From Sporopachydermia quercuum (lineage: Eukaryota): a stretch of DNA of 64,000 nt. The notes below the pieces were generated by a model. It saw only the letters and a list, made by a program, of their open reading frames with translations, had not been told where the DNA came from and did not search any database. The translations under genes and the position numbers were made by a program. Below are positions 11,724-24,954 of the stretch, piece after piece. Each line of letters opens with the position of its first letter. Position 1 is the stretch's first letter. The DNA lies in contig BCGN01000003.1 of NCBI GenBank assembly GCA_001599295.1, positions 248,001 through 312,000 on the forward strand, written 5' to 3'.

Positions 11724-13844
11724 CTAACAGTCCCTTTCTTCTCTTCCCATCATTTTCCTGATTTGAGGCTTCAAGTTCCTCATTGTCTTTCTTAATGTCT
11801 GACTATCCATTGGCTTCAATAGTTCGAAACTACAAAGCAAATCTTTGTTCACACTCATAACAGCACCCCAGTTATCAAATTCTCCACAGTAATTGGGTGC
11901 TGAAAAGACTGTCACAAGCTTCCTTCTAGAGAAAAATTCATATCCATCCTCAACAACCATATGAGCTCTACAAATCAAATCAACCTTGAACTTCCGACAG
12001 AATCTTGAAACAATTACTTTACCAAAGCAATAAGATACTCCACGGTCATTCTCTCCCCATTCTGGTACTTCACCATCAGGATCGGACCATAATAAATCAG
12101 ATAATAATCCAGTGTCAGGAATATCAGTTGGCCTATTTATTTTCCTTACATCATCAAAATGTAATAAAGATGGAGATAAACCACCATGGACGCAGAAAAT
12201 CTTTCCTGAAATCATTGCACATATTGGTAAAGTATTGAATACGTCCACGAACAGTTTCCAGGTTTTAGTATTACATCTTCGCTTACATTCATCAAAGAAA
12301 CCATAGACTTTTGTGACTGATGCACTTTCGTGGTTTCCTCGTAGCATAAAAAAGTTCTCAGGATGTTTGATTTTGAAACATAATAGAAGCAAGATTGTTT
12401 CCAGGGATTTATAACCTCTATCGACATAATCACCCAAAAAAAGGTAGTTTGATTTGGGTGGAAATCCACAGAGCTTGAATATACGAATCAAATCATGGAA
12501 TTGGCCATGGATATCACCAACTACTTTCACGGGAGCAGCAAGTTCTAAAAGNGTTGGTTGTGCTAAGAAGATGTTTCTTGCTTGATGGCAAATCGCTGAT
12601 ATTTCGTGTGGTTTAACAACCATCGTATCAGTCGAAGTTCCTGACAATCCAACATCTAATAATCTGTCAATAACGGAATCAATGTCAACTGTGAGCCCCA
12701 AATGGTTGGAGAAACTTGAGGCGAAGCCTTTACTTAACTTGGACGTTGCTTGTGTGGCTTTATTATTTCCTATTCCTGAGCCTGAGCCTAGAGTGGAAAT
12801 CATTGGCACAACAGGAGACGGTGGAGACGAATCTGAAGATTGGGATGGTGACGTGGAAGATACATCTGATAGTGGAGAAATATCTGGAGATGACAGCGGC
12901 AAGTCTTTTGTTCTAGATCTTCTGGATCCTCTGGATTTTGAAGATCCGTGGCTTTTTCGAGTTTCTGTTCCGCTAGCGGTCGAATTTCGGCTTTTCCACG
13001 AAGCTTCTGTACCGTTCTGAGACCTTCGGTTGTTCCGATTGGATTTAGATCCTTCTTTTTCATTGGATGGACTAAATAGTATGTCACTCTCATTTAATTC
13101 TAATATAGGTGACGGCAATGAGATTAGCGTTTCCGAGCTTTCACCGTCGTCGTCATTATCATTATCGGTAGCTTCAGGAATTGCTGCTAAATCTGGAAAT
13201 ACGAAAGAACTCTTGCTGTATTCTTCGGAGACTCCTGGGTGGTCTGGACCATCTCCTGAAGACAAGGTCGAGACACTGCTATTATGTGCCTTCTGACTGA
13301 TTAATGACGACTCTGATTCAGTCGAGCTCCCGCTTCCAACAGCAGAATTTGCTCTCTCGTTTTCATTGGTCTCTTTATTGTAAGCATTTTCTAGCTGAAC
13401 TAAAGGGTTTCGTGGAGAACGAGATTCAGTTGACTTGACGTTCTTTGCCTTAGATCTACTATGAGAAGCTGCCCATGGTGGAGAAGGCTTTTTGTTTCGA
13501 CCATTTGGAGTATTAGATAATGAAATAGCCAGTCCTGTGGCAATGTCTCTATCTAGATCTTCTCTGAATGAAGATCGAGAAGAGTTGGCAAGTAAATATG
13601 GTGAAGTACTACTTGGAGACGACTTGGTTTTTGTATCGCCATGAGAAGATACAGAGTGATTTGGGGGTCTGTTTGACCCTGTGGTTTGAAATTTTAAGCG
13701 AGTACACCCACTACTACCACTACTATCAGCATCGTCTTCGCCTGAAGCAGTGGCGCCAGACGATGCTGAGTTAGCACCAGCTAATGATGGGTCTACAAGA
13801 GTTGAGACTGCGGAGGCGGCATTCCTAGAAGGGGTGTTACCCAT
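11724..13844 (-). CDS. PPQ1: PP1-like Ser/Thr phosphatase, Ppq1/Sal6 type
   Basis: [28 protein letters not shown] motifs; Ppq1-like HES and DNWGAVMSV variants; long Ser-rich N-terminus; adjacent to CBC2 as in S. cerevisiae. Confidence 0.85.
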   Translation of the reverse strand: MGNTPSRNAASAVSTLVDPSLAGANSASSGATASGEDDADSSGSSGCTRLKFQTTGSNRPPNHSVSSHGDTKTKSSPSSTSPYLLANSSRSSFREDLDRDIATGLAISLSNTPNGRNKKPSPPWAASHSRSKAKNVKSTESRSPRNPLVQLENAYNKETNENERANSAVGSGSSTESESSLISQKAHNSSVSTLSSGDGPDHPGVSEEYSKSSFVFPDLAAIPEATDNDNDDDGESSETLISLPSPILELNESDILFSPSNEKEGSKSNRNNRRSQNGTEASWKSRNSTASGTETRKSHGSSKSRGSRRSRTKDLPLSSPDISPLSDVSSTSPSQSSDSSPPSPVVPMISTLGSGSGIGNNKATQATSKLSKGFASSFSNHLGLTVDIDSVIDRLLDVGLSGTSTDTMVVKPHEISAICHQARNIFLAQPXLLELAAPVKVVGDIHGQFHDLIRIFKLCGFPPKSNYLFLGDYVDRGYKSLETILLLLCFKIKHPENFFMLRGNHESASVTKVYGFFDECKRRCNTKTWKLFVDVFNTLPICAMISGKIFCVHGGLSPSLLHFDDVRKINRPTDIPDTGLLSDLLWSDPDGEVPEWGENDRGVSYCFGKVIVSRFCRKFKVDLICRAHMVVEDGYEFFSRRKLVTVFSAPNYCGEFDNWGAVMSVNKDLLCSFELLKPMDSQTLRKTMRNLKPQIRKMMGREERDC

Positions 13845-15714
13845 TTGTTGGCAGGCGGCACAGGTGACGAAGAAATTGTGCGGATTGTATGGTTCTTTTA
13901 ACAGTAGCCAGACGTAATCTTCTTCCTGCTTAGTATGGGAACAAGAATATATCTGCTAGAACTGGTTGTACTCCTTACTTGATAGGTCACGTGGTACAAG
14001 AAGAAATCAGGATGATATAAAGGGGTTGAGGTTCAGTATGTTTGATGTTGTCTTTAACACGAGTTTGCGATTGTTAAGCTGTTTTGAATAATAAGTTTAA
14101 AAGATAAGGTCCGGTATATGAACTGTCGTAGTTGAAGAATAAATAAAAGGAGAAAATAGCAATCGGGTCGCCACAAGTCAGAAGTAATGGTGATGTAAAA
14201 AGGGAGACGAAAAAAAGAGGGAAGTTATGTTCGCAGAAGAGGATTTAGTAGAGAGGCTGAAAGGGTCTGAAATTGGGTGATAATTAGTAAGAAGGTCTGG
14301 TATGATGAGGGAATATCTAGTGAGCGGCTGTAGGGAGAATTGGCAAGAAAATTCTTGCTATGATGAATAGATTTTAATAAAGAATGGCAGCATTGAGAGT
14401 AGTAGCGGTAAAGTAATATATTTTGCAAGTTCCTCAAATCTCAGAATGGATGAATTCCATGGAAAAGGAACTGTATATGACGAGCAGTGTTAGTAATGTT
14501 TAAGCATTACGTAATCAATAATAATTGTGGTGGTACGGTGTACTAACTGGACTTCGCATTATGCTAGAGAAAAGTTTATTGCACAGGATCGGCTTGGTAG
14601 ACCCTTGAATCTAGAGATAAATTTTATATCCTAATTCGGTTAGAACTGAAATCTAGGTAAAACCTTATTTTAAGCCTAACATACAAATGAGAAGAGAAGA
14701 GATCAATTGTCAGATGCTAGAGGGAATGATGATATCATAACATAAGAGAATTTTTTGGGATGTAAAGTGGTGAAATCAAAGATAAATGGTAGTTCTGGTG
14801 ATGTACAAATTTTGATTTCGAAATGNTCAAATTTCAAGCTTTTTGTGGCAAACAACTAGGGTTAGGCAGCTATGTATGATATCTGAATTGAGAGACTACT
14901 AGCCAATTTCCACGTGACATGTGGCTGATCTCTTTCTCCTTCGGAATGCATAATCTCTGCTACTGCTGCCATACGGGGAATTGTAAGAAAGGGAAAGAGA
15001 TGTGGGCATATTTACCTTGCACAATTACGACTCGGAAAATTTCCTTTAGAAAGAGTTCACCTGTTTTTGCCTCGTTTTACTTGGAATTTACAATCAGTTC
15101 AACGGTCTAGATCTCAGAGTTCTAGTGATGTGTAGAATTNCCCCTCTTTTTCCTTCTTAACATGAGTATGCCCTTTGGCTATTTAATGTTAGTATCTTTA
15201 ACCATTTCTATGATCAGAAAGGCTTATTTCTCTATCAACCACCAAATAAATAAAATCCATACTCTTATTTCCTAGTCTGAATACTATTTATTCTATTCAT
15301 CTTCCCCACATTATACTCTTTCGTCTCGTTATCTATCTGCTCATTCTAGTTACATCTCCAGAGTCCCCCTGTTGAATCTCAAGTCTCCTTTAATTAGTAA
15401 TCTCCTGTATACCCTTCTTCAACTGGAGAAAATTGCAGGAAGTTCACTTGGTGCTTTTCAGATTATCAGAAACCATCAATTCCATTAACAGAGTGTACTA
15501 TAGTGTCTTTATTATTGCTTTCTAATACTTTGTTAGCTGCCTTTATGTCTTGGAAATAGCCTTGTAGTGATTTTCTTGTATTTGGTTTAAAGCTCTACCA
15601 CGTTAGGACCGTTGTAAAGACACTTTTAACTCCTGATAGCACTCTGCTTTGTATCATAAACATTCCGTCTAGCTGATATCAGAATAATAATAAACAAAAA
15701 ATAGGAGCAACAAA

Positions 15715-16749
15715 ATGACGACAATTGCTTCAGCAGTAGAGGCTGGCAAACCAGAAATAATTAATTCAGCCCCTAGACTTGATGCCCCTAGTGATTATCT
15801 GATAAAGAAAGCAGTAAGTTTGAAATGCTCTCGCTATTTATTGGCCCCTGTTTAAGTATTCCTAATTTCCTATCTGCTAAACTATTTACTAACATTGCTA
15901 TGTACAGCGAGACAGCAGATCGGGAGCAGAAGATCTGGCAAAAGCTAAGAAATCAAACACTGTTTATGTGGGAAATCTGTAAGTAATCATCCCTCTATTT
16001 GCACTAGTATTGGTATTGGTATTACTATTTTCCGTCTACTGACACAATACAGCTCCTTCTACACATCTGAAGAACAGATCTACGAACTATTTTCTAAATG
16101 TGGCGAACTGGATAAAATCATCATGGGTCTAGACAGATTTCAACATACACCATGTGGGTTCTGCTTTGTTCAATTCAAGAAACGTGGTGGTGCCTTGGCT
16201 GCAGTCAAATATCTAAACGATACAAAATTAGGTCGTAAAGCACTACAGATAGATTTAGATCCTGGTTTTGTTGAAGGAAGACAATATGGTAGAGGTGCAT
16301 CAGGTGGTCAAGTGATGGATGAGTTTAGAACCGAATTTGATCCTTTAAGAGGAGGCGTTCTGCCAACAGCTGTTGCCAATGCCAATTCGCAAGGGTATCA
16401 AAGAGGTACAGGTGGTGACTATCCACCAGGGCGCAGAGGNGATTTTGGATCTCGGGGAATGAGAGGACGCAGGAGGTTTGCAAGAGGAAGATATAGAGAT
16501 CGGGGAGGAGGCAGAAGAGGTGGTGGTTTCAACCGTGAGAGAAGAGGTGGTTATTCTGATAGTAGAGGAGGATATAAGAACAGACGACTATCAGATAATA
16601 TGAATCGTGATGAAAATGATGGTGACGAAAATGCTGCAAGCTTCAGAAATGAATCAACAAATGATGGTAATGATGGTAANGAAGATTCATACTCTCCTCC
16701 AGCACCACCACCAGAAAATCGGGATGAGGATTTCGTTGATGAGAACTAA
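15715..16749 (+). CDS. CBC2: Nuclear cap-binding complex small subunit (3 exons, 288 aa)
   Basis: Exons 15715-15813, 15908-15978, 16053-16749; GTAAGT donors, TACTAAC/TACTGAC branch sites; spliced [57 protein letters not shown]. Confidence 0.95.
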
Positions 16750-17179
16750 TGTAAATAGCAGTTTGTGTAGTTTATTATGTAATAAAAGCTTATAATTGAT
16801 AAAGAATTAGGAGTTCATGTAATTCTGCATGCAAATTAGTGATTGATACAACTGTAGATATTAATGGAATCGCTACTATGAGTATTGAGGTAAATGTAAA
16901 TGTAAAGCAATAATTAACATTAAAATGTAAGCTGCTTATAAGAAATAGCCTCAGTACATAAACAAAGATTCCGTTCAAGTAGTTAGCTATATCAACAGGG
17001 AGCTCGTTCATTTGTCTATAAGGTACTATTTTCTTGTACTTTGCGGATCATTGTTCCTCTTTCCACTAGAATATCTATATTTGATCTCATTTCCAAGCTC
17101 TGAAATATTACTATATGCCATTATAGTTATATATAAAAACTCTAAATACTTTTGTTCATATTCAGTCTAGATAGATCAC

Positions 17180-17983
17180 TTACTCTCCTATGTCTTCAAA
17201 CCAAACTTCTGGCTTTTCTTCAATGAACTTCTTCATCAAAACTTTACATTCTTCATCATGGACATTAACTACAGGAATGTTCTTTAAAGCTAATACATCT
17301 TCACCTCCAACGAAATTTTCGTTTTCTCCCATAACAACTCTTTTAATACCATATAGGATGCAGGCTCCAGTACACATATTACAAGGGCTTAAAGTAGTGT
17401 ACATCTATTTGATTGTTAGCAAGAGTGAATATCTTAGACTGGTTATCAGTAATAGTAATGCTCTACTAATTCTAAGAAAATGTCTTAGTATTCAGTACTA
17501 AACATTAGTCTCTAGCAAATCATCACTTACGGTAGCATTTTGATATACCTTAGCTGGTAAACGGCCAGCGTTCTCTAAGCATGAGATTTCAGCGTGAAGT
17601 GTGGCAGAACTCTTTTGAACTCTCATATTATGACCTCTACCAAGAACAATTCCGTCTTCAGAGATCAAAGCAGCACCAATAGGTATTCCTCCTTCTTCGT
17701 ATCCTATAGATATTGATTAGTATGCTAGTCAAAGGGGTAGGATGCAAAGCACAACATGTCGAATAGTCATGTTGCTAAGAAATTTATCAGAGAGAAAAAC
17801 GTTTTCCATATAAATACAGCGTTTTCAAATGATTTGTCTATTCTGATCAAGATAGTTCCAACTATGTATAAGTATGCATCAATAAGACATACTGTGAAAT
17901 TAGTAACAGTACCCCAATATTTACATACCCTTCTTAGCCTCTTCAAAGGCGATTTTCATTCCAAGTTTATCATCAAAACCCAT
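17180..17983 (-). CDS. FCY1: Cytosine deaminase (3 exons, 150 aa)
   Basis: Exons 17983-17929, 17703-17531, 17404-17180; GGIPIGAAL, GRGHNMRVQK, HAE and YTTLSPCNMC zinc motifs, WFEDIGE end. Confidence 0.95.
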
Positions 17984-18270
17984 TTTGCAATATTATCTAA
18001 TTAGTTGTATCAAATGATCAATTGAGTACTAAATTTAGATATTTAGTTTGGTTCTTCAACTATGCTTATTTATGCCTGCATATCTGGTACCAGTGAGCGA
18101 AATCAAACAGTATTATATTTCGCAATATGAATCACCACACCTAATCTATTGAAAATATCAATTTNATAACAAACAGTTGCTTTATATACATACTGAACTT
18201 CAATTATTATAACAGTTCATTACTCATGATCGTTCAAAGTGAATGGAAGAAATATAATTTTTCTTCGCTG

Positions 18271-18729
18271 CTTATCATTGAAGAACGTTTATCTTTTTAT
18301 AATTGGGCGTTTGATGGCACGAAAAAGGCAGGTGAAATCCATAAAGAATATTAGGGTTTAAGAGGCTCTTCCCCAATTAAGTAAGCCATTAACGTTACTA
18401 GGAGATTTAGGGACTTTCAATTAGCTTTTACTGTAGGTTTCATGCAAAAGTATTATTGGTATCAATTATAGTAAAGAAATTCCGAGATTAATATGAGATT
18501 TAGTAGAAGATAAGATTTGAGGTGCATAGTAGTGCATAGTTTAAATTTTATAGCGAGAAGTAATAAACGAATAAACGAATGAATGAGCGAATGATGATAT
18601 GAAGTGTTTATCAATTGAGCAATTGATAAAGATAAAAGGGATAAGATGAATAGAGATAAATATGATATTTTGCATGGATGGCCGATATGGAGATAATTGA
18701 GTCTTTACTGTTGCTCTTGTCCGCTTATC
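18271..18729. promoter_or_regulatory. Cluster of GATA-factor (GATAA/GATAAG) sites upstream of FCY1
   Basis: GATAA or TTATC at 18271, 18509, 18608, 18625, 18631, 18640, 18655, 18692, 18724. Confidence 0.5.
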
Positions 18730-19051
18730 ACTAAGAGTATAAATCAGTAGTGGTGATGATCTTGCCCTGGCATATGTTGTTCATACATACTTCTCTTGGT
18801 TTGGTGTAAAAACAGTCGTAATAATGAAACTTCCAATTCAACATTATACACTTCTTCTTCCATTATCTATTGTGAATTATTATTTTGAAGTTATAGTACA
18901 TGTTTGCTGTACTTTAAGAAAGAGCACTCTTATCCTTAATAGCTTATTCTCTATGTAGTATATTCTACACATAAACATATCTCCAATATGTAATCATCAT
19001 AATCTTCTTTGAACTCATATATATACATTTCCATCGATTGGAACCTTGCTC

Positions 19052-20608
19052 TCACACTTGCAAAGCTTCAACATATTGCCAGGCAGTATCCAGTATACTC
19101 CACTCAAATACTTCTTGGTCATTTAAACTAAACAAATTCTGCCTAGGAACACCGAAACATAGTTTCCCACCTGGTAGCTTGAATAGCTTGATAAACTTAT
19201 ATATTTGTAGAAAATAGCAGTTGCCATAACCTGGTAATAATTCCATTAATTCATCCAATACTTCCTTATTATTTCCTACATTATTATCATCAACAGATAA
19301 TGACACAGGAGCACCTGGCTGTGGAATAAATGATATTTCAATAAGCAATCCTTTGAAAGAGCCATTGATAAAAGTGTTTGCCATTCTAACTTGAAACTTC
19401 TGGCGTTGTCCATCTAATAAAACATCAATTTCAAATGTTTGACCTCCTTCTCCTTTGATTGTCTGCCTTAAAGTCCATAAGCTTGACATTTTATTCTGGA
19501 TGATTGTTGATATCGTTGTAGAATCTCCAGTACTCATTCCAAGCCCATCTAATGACTTTTCGCTAATAAAAGAGTCATAAAAAGGTTTACATTTCAATGG
19601 CGAGTCCTTTGATGGTAGCGGTATATCATGTGATGGTTTGAATGCACTGTTCTTGGGTCCACCAGCGTCTCTGAATGGAATATTCTTGAACGATGAATCA
19701 ATTGGAGCCAATGGAGTTTCAGGAGGCTCTTCAATAACAGGATACTCACCAAATGATGATACACTATTACTTGAAGGCTTCCCGTAGTTTGTTTTCGAGC
19801 TCGATGTAGACAATATCTGAGCGCTTTTTGACACTCCCAATGGTGATCTCCCATTGTCAACTAATGAAATGGACATTCGGGGATAATTAGAAAACGATAG
19901 AGTATAAAAGAACTTTTCATTAGGAATAAATGGTGTGAACAAATCATTTGATCTAGTAAAATCCTGACCGAATCTTCCAATTGTTATTGCTGTTTTACTA
20001 TTGGCAGGCCTCCTTTTAGTGGTTGGAGTTGCATTATCGGCAGCACTTTTACTAGCTGTTATTAAACCATTTCTCTTACCTCCTTTCCCTCCTTTGGTAT
20101 TTTCTTCTTCTTCTTGTTTTCGTAGTTTTTCTGCACCGAGCTTCCTATCACCAATGAATACATGTGGATTGAGTAATGGTACTAATGTTTCGCCCTGGAC
20201 AAAACGTACATTTGTATTGTCTCTAAACAGCTTGAATTCAAAAGACCATTTGCCTTTAGTATTAGCAAATTCATTGTAGAATTTATCCTGTATGCCTGTT
20301 ATAGTAGACGGCGTTGCATCTGTTACATAAAGTACTCTATGATGAATTAGTTAGTTAGTGATACAGAGAGTCTGTAAGGAAAGATGTTTCTGTGGTACTA
20401 GCAGTGCTGGATGATGGTATCCCCAAGAGCTATTGAATATCGTCAATTGAATACGTATATTTACAAGGCTTCCAAGGTGTCCAACTATTGATAAACAACA
20501 GTATCAATAGATTATACTCAATGAAAGGTCACACGTCATCGCATAGCATTCGATTCTAGACCTCAGAAATAGTACAATAGGATTGAACACTTACGCTGTA
20601 ACTACCAT
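19052..20608 (-). CDS. SRB2: Mediator head subunit Med20/Srb2 (2 exons, 432 aa, with large insertions)
   Basis: Exons 20608-20595 and 20336-19052; spliced N-terminus MVVTAVLYVTDATPSTIT..KWSFEFKLFR; IIQNKMSSLWTLRQTIKGEGG, FKGLLIEI, DTAWQYVEAL. Confidence 0.85.
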
Positions 20609-21747
20609 TTCGACCAATGAAATCAACAAAAGTCAGACTTATCTGTATGTCCATACATGGCTGAATTCTGAATGCCGAATCTCAATAATATAATATGGAT
20701 TATAAAGAGCAATAAACATATAATGGATCCACTGCAAATAAGAGATACGAAACAAGGTTGAGAAACGTTTGATTGAGTATTTACTGTGGTTTGAATTCAG
20801 AAAATGCTGTGAATAAGGTTTGAAGATTTTATGCAAAATTGACCTATAAATATGTACAGTAATGCAATGTAATGTTTGTATTGTGGGCTGTTTCGACGAA
20901 AAATGTACATAGACGACTTGGTTTGGTGTAATAGAATAATTAAACTATCATGCTATTGATTTCCAGTTATACTGAGTATTATTTGTTAACGCTTTGTTCA
21001 AATCACATAACTAGTTAACATTTAGCTGATGTTCTCTTCAACATTGTAACCTTTCATTTCAAGCTCCCTTTGCATAATCTTGCATTCTTACGCATATTTA
21101 CTACCGACCAAGATTTTATATAATTAGAGCATACATTTATACGCACTATTAGTTGATTTTTAAACATTAACCTATTATACATATGTTTATTATTTTTAGT
21201 TTTATACTTATAAACGTAAACTAACTTCAAAATTGAGAGCGAGAGACTCAACAATCTCTCTATGGCATCACGGAGAGCATGTTTGATAATAGAAGTAGAA
21301 TCTGCCTACAAAGGCGACCGTTCAGCTTCATCGTACCAAAATTTTTGAATACACAGGCCAGTTGCTTGATGTAAGCTCATTAAATATAACACGTTTCATC
21401 GTAGGCTTTTCAGCGTTTCTCTTAGAAGCTATGGTGACTCGCANATCGCAGTCTGTGCCCTTGGATGACGTGGTATTGGGAGACAGTGATTAGAGCAGAA
21501 AATCAACAGGAACGTTCCAGTAAATCACAATTGTGTCTCTTATATTATTAGCTGTCAGCTGGATCTCCCATAGCGTTAACTCTCAGAATACCACCACTTC
21601 CATCTAAACCTACTGATCACCTCAGGCTAGTGACACCAAGGTAGTATATCTAAAGCTTTAACTATATTAGCATGGCTACCCTCGAACACAATGATTCAGT
21701 ATCTACCCTTGCTGCTCATGCAAGGACACTCTCATTACTATCACATA

Positions 21748-23046
21748 TCACATAATATTCGTCTTAACTCTAACTAAACCACCAGTGAAATTCCTCAATG
21801 CTTGTTTACCTTTCTTCACTCTTTGAAGTCGTCTAAAGGCCTCTTGTATATGCTGTGGTGTCATTGGCCTAGGTGTATCATCAGGAGTTGCAAACAAATG
21901 ATGTTTCCTTTTCCATGAAGTTGAGGTTGTGGGAACTCCATTGGGATATCCACTTGAAACTGCATTCTTTTTCTCTATTTCTTCTTCCAATTCCTTGACT
22001 TTCGACGCTTCTTCAGTTAACTTTCGTACTAACTCAAACATAAGAAATCCTAGTATGTCAATGACATCATCTTGAGGTCTTGATTCAGTCAATTGGCCCA
22101 TTCCAACCCATTCACGAAATCGTTTAGCTTTTCTGAAAGTGAAAGAAGCCTGTCTGCATTCACTCCAATGTACATATTCATCGGTTGTCATTCCCTTTGT
22201 TCTCTCGTCGTTTGTCTTTAAAAGCTGTAAACTTGCATATATAGCTTCAATGTCATCAGTATCTTCATTCTCTTCTTCTTCATTCGCAGTTTCTAAAGGA
22301 ATCTCTGAAAACATAAATTGTAATTCCCAAGGTAAACGAACTTTTGCTTTCTTATATTTCATCATTTTCGCTCCATCTGCCAAGTTCGTTCCTCCCATAC
22401 CACCAGCACCAGGTAATCCAGCAGCAGGACCTGCAGCTTCTTCTAATAAATCTACGCCTTCCATTCCACCACCTTCTTGATCTTTTGCATTCTTTCGGAC
22501 GTCTTTCCATGATAGATAAGTTCGTAGTCGGTTGATTTTGCTTTTGTCGTGCCTCATCAAAAACATCACGTCTTCTGTAGCAATTGATTTAGATCCTCTC
22601 ATTGCAGCTTGAGTTGATGCTTGCAGTAGCTATTTGAAGAGCATCATGTTAGATAATTTGTAAGCAATCACAATAACAGTAGCAAGATGTTTCAAAACTC
22701 AATAAAAAGCTATTATCAGCGAACTTTATGCCATTTTCTGTAATTAACCTCAAAGGAAATGCAACAGTAATTGTAATTGCAATAGTAATACTTACAATAT
22801 CAGTGACTTGTGATCTCACGATATCCTCTACCAGGCATGTTGTTTCCACAGGAGGATCGGATGTTTCTCCAGAAACAAACATCATCTGCATAAATGTTAG
22901 AATTCGAATAACAGTAAAACTACACTTTTTCAGCATATTTTTATGATTTTAGGTTATCACTGCTAAATAATAGTACCAATACTACTATTACCACCACTCA
23001 AACATACCTGTTGGATCTCTACTCTGTATTTGTATCGATCACTCAT
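21748..23046 (-). CDS. SPT3: SAGA subunit Spt3 (3 exons, 336 aa)
   Basis: Exons 23046-23008, 22885-22796, 22629-21748; MSDRYKYRVEIQQMMFVSGET, EYVHWSECRQASFTFRKAKRFREW, DILGFL. Confidence 0.95.
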
Positions 23047-23829
23047 TCTGAATATCTGGATTGTAAGAGAGAGAAATACACAAGCTTTCAAAGAGCAATT
23101 GTGGTAGAGAAAGATGACTTTTCCCGATAATTATAATAACAGCAGAATTTTAAATACTTTCTTTGACTTTAATTCTAAATAGAAATACCTTTTTGATCTG
23201 ATGATGGAGAGATTGAATAGAAACAAAACAGATAGACTGAAGAATTTACCGGAGATTATAACAGAGAGATGTGAAATATTAAGACAGATTACACTATGAT
23301 TTCCGGAATGATAATGTTACCAGAACTGCCCTCTCTCATTTAAAGTTGACTGATCTGCAAGTATATGTAGTGTTCTTAATCTTGTTTTCAACGAAATAAT
23401 TTATGCACTTAAGAGGGATGGTTACAATGCTTAACCAAATCAGTCATAGCACAATTTCTTTGTGGTTTAAGACCAACAAAAAGTACTTTCTGAGTGACTA
23501 TCGGGCTTAAAATATCCCTCTAAATGCCTTACTTTTCCTTTATATCAGTAGATGCTGGTTCAATTAAGTTTAACTAACTAGTCTATCAAATCCCATACAT
23601 AACAAAATTAACGTTTCGTTTCTCTGCACTGGTACAAACCTTAATTGTATTAACATGTACATACCACTTAACGTCCCAGCTGCCGATTGATAGACTTCGT
23701 TCTTTTGTTCTTATCAAACAGGAAGGTTTCCTCATATCCATTAGAAAAAATGACGGTAAATCAAATAGAAATCCCTTGTTGATTAGAAATAAGGTCTAGA
23801 TTCTCATTACACAGTTTGAATGAACTTCA

Positions 23830-24954
23830 ATGATGAACGACGAAAAGATCATTGAGAGAGATGGAGAGTTCCAATTCTCCTTAGGGCCAAACATTACCTC
23901 ACCAGGAAAGTTTCTTATTCAAAAGCTTGCATATTCTGACAAGAATGTGTATAAAAGACCTNAAGTAGTCACTGGAGGCAAGGGTGAGTCTGATATTAAG
24001 TCTAGAGAAATTAGGGCCTTGATAGTGCTGAACAGAAAGATAAATAGTGAAGAACTGTTTGAGCGAATATGGAACCACTGTCATATAAGAATATGTGCTG
24101 ATGGCGGTGCCAATCAATTGTATGATTATTTAGAAACAGACCAAAAACGGAAGAAATTTTTGCCTGAGATCCTTGTTGGCGATTTTGATTCTCTTAGGCC
24201 TGAAGTCCACGATTTCTATCAAAAGTTTGAGGGTAGATTGGAAGATGGGAAAACTGTTATTAAACATGATCCAAGTCAGTATTGCAACGATTTCATGAAA
24301 GCAATTCAATGTGCCTTTCTATATGGCCNAGATGTTAATAGGAGATATATATCTGAAACAGAAAGCAGTGGGAGTGTCACTCCAAGCTCTGGGGATACCG
24401 TTTGGAGTAAAGTTGACTATAATACTCATTTTGAGATATATGCCCTAGGCGCATTGGGAGGAAGATTGGACCAAACGTTTCAATCCATTAATCAGCTATA
24501 CACGATTAATAATATAAACTATTATTCAAACAGAAGTTCAAAGACCACAAATTCAGTCCCTCAATTTGGGAGCTTCGAAGATGAAGCTTTACATGGTAAG
24601 TTAAGGGAATTTCAATTCCAGTTTTCTGCAACAATGTACCTTGTAACAAAACAAAATTTGGCATTTTTGGTCAATCCAGGGACTCAATATTTCCGGTTTC
24701 CTTATAAGAAAGAGTTAAATAAAGAACAAAGCGAGACTGTTATGTTAGAAGATGAAAATGTAGATATGCTAAGATGTGGAATCATACCAGTTGGTGTCCC
24801 AGCAGTAATCTCCACTTTAGGACTTAAATGGGACTTGAAGCAATGGACAACGAAGTTTGGTGGTAATATAAGCTCTAGTAACAGTATTCTTGGTCGGTAT
24901 GTGATGGTTGAGACAGATAATCCTGTTATTTTTACTGTAGATATAACTATTTAA
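23830..24954 (+). CDS. THI80: Thiamine pyrophosphokinase
   Basis: ICADGGANQLY, GDFDSL, QYCNDFMKA, GALGGRLDQT, GLKWDL..TKFGGNISSSN motifs. Confidence 0.92.
   Translation: MMNDEKIIERDGEFQFSLGPNITSPGKFLIQKLAYSDKNVYKRPXVVTGGKGESDIKSREIRALIVLNRKINSEELFERIWNHCHIRICADGGANQLYDYLETDQKRKKFLPEILVGDFDSLRPEVHDFYQKFEGRLEDGKTVIKHDPSQYCNDFMKAIQCAFLYGXDVNRRYISETESSGSVTPSSGDTVWSKVDYNTHFEIYALGALGGRLDQTFQSINQLYTINNINYYSNRSSKTTNSVPQFGSFEDEALHGKLREFQFQFSATMYLVTKQNLAFLVNPGTQYFRFPYKKELNKEQSETVMLEDENVDMLRCGIIPVGVPAVISTLGLKWDLKQWTTKFGGNISSSNSILGRYVMVETDNPVIFTVDITI

Noticed and set aside
21241..21745. GC-richer stretch with AATTTTTG (Sm-like) and ATTAGCATGGC (U6-like)
   Set aside because: No ACAGAGA box or other snRNA architecture; most simply SPT3 3'UTR or MED20 promoter. 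An Infernal scan would settle it
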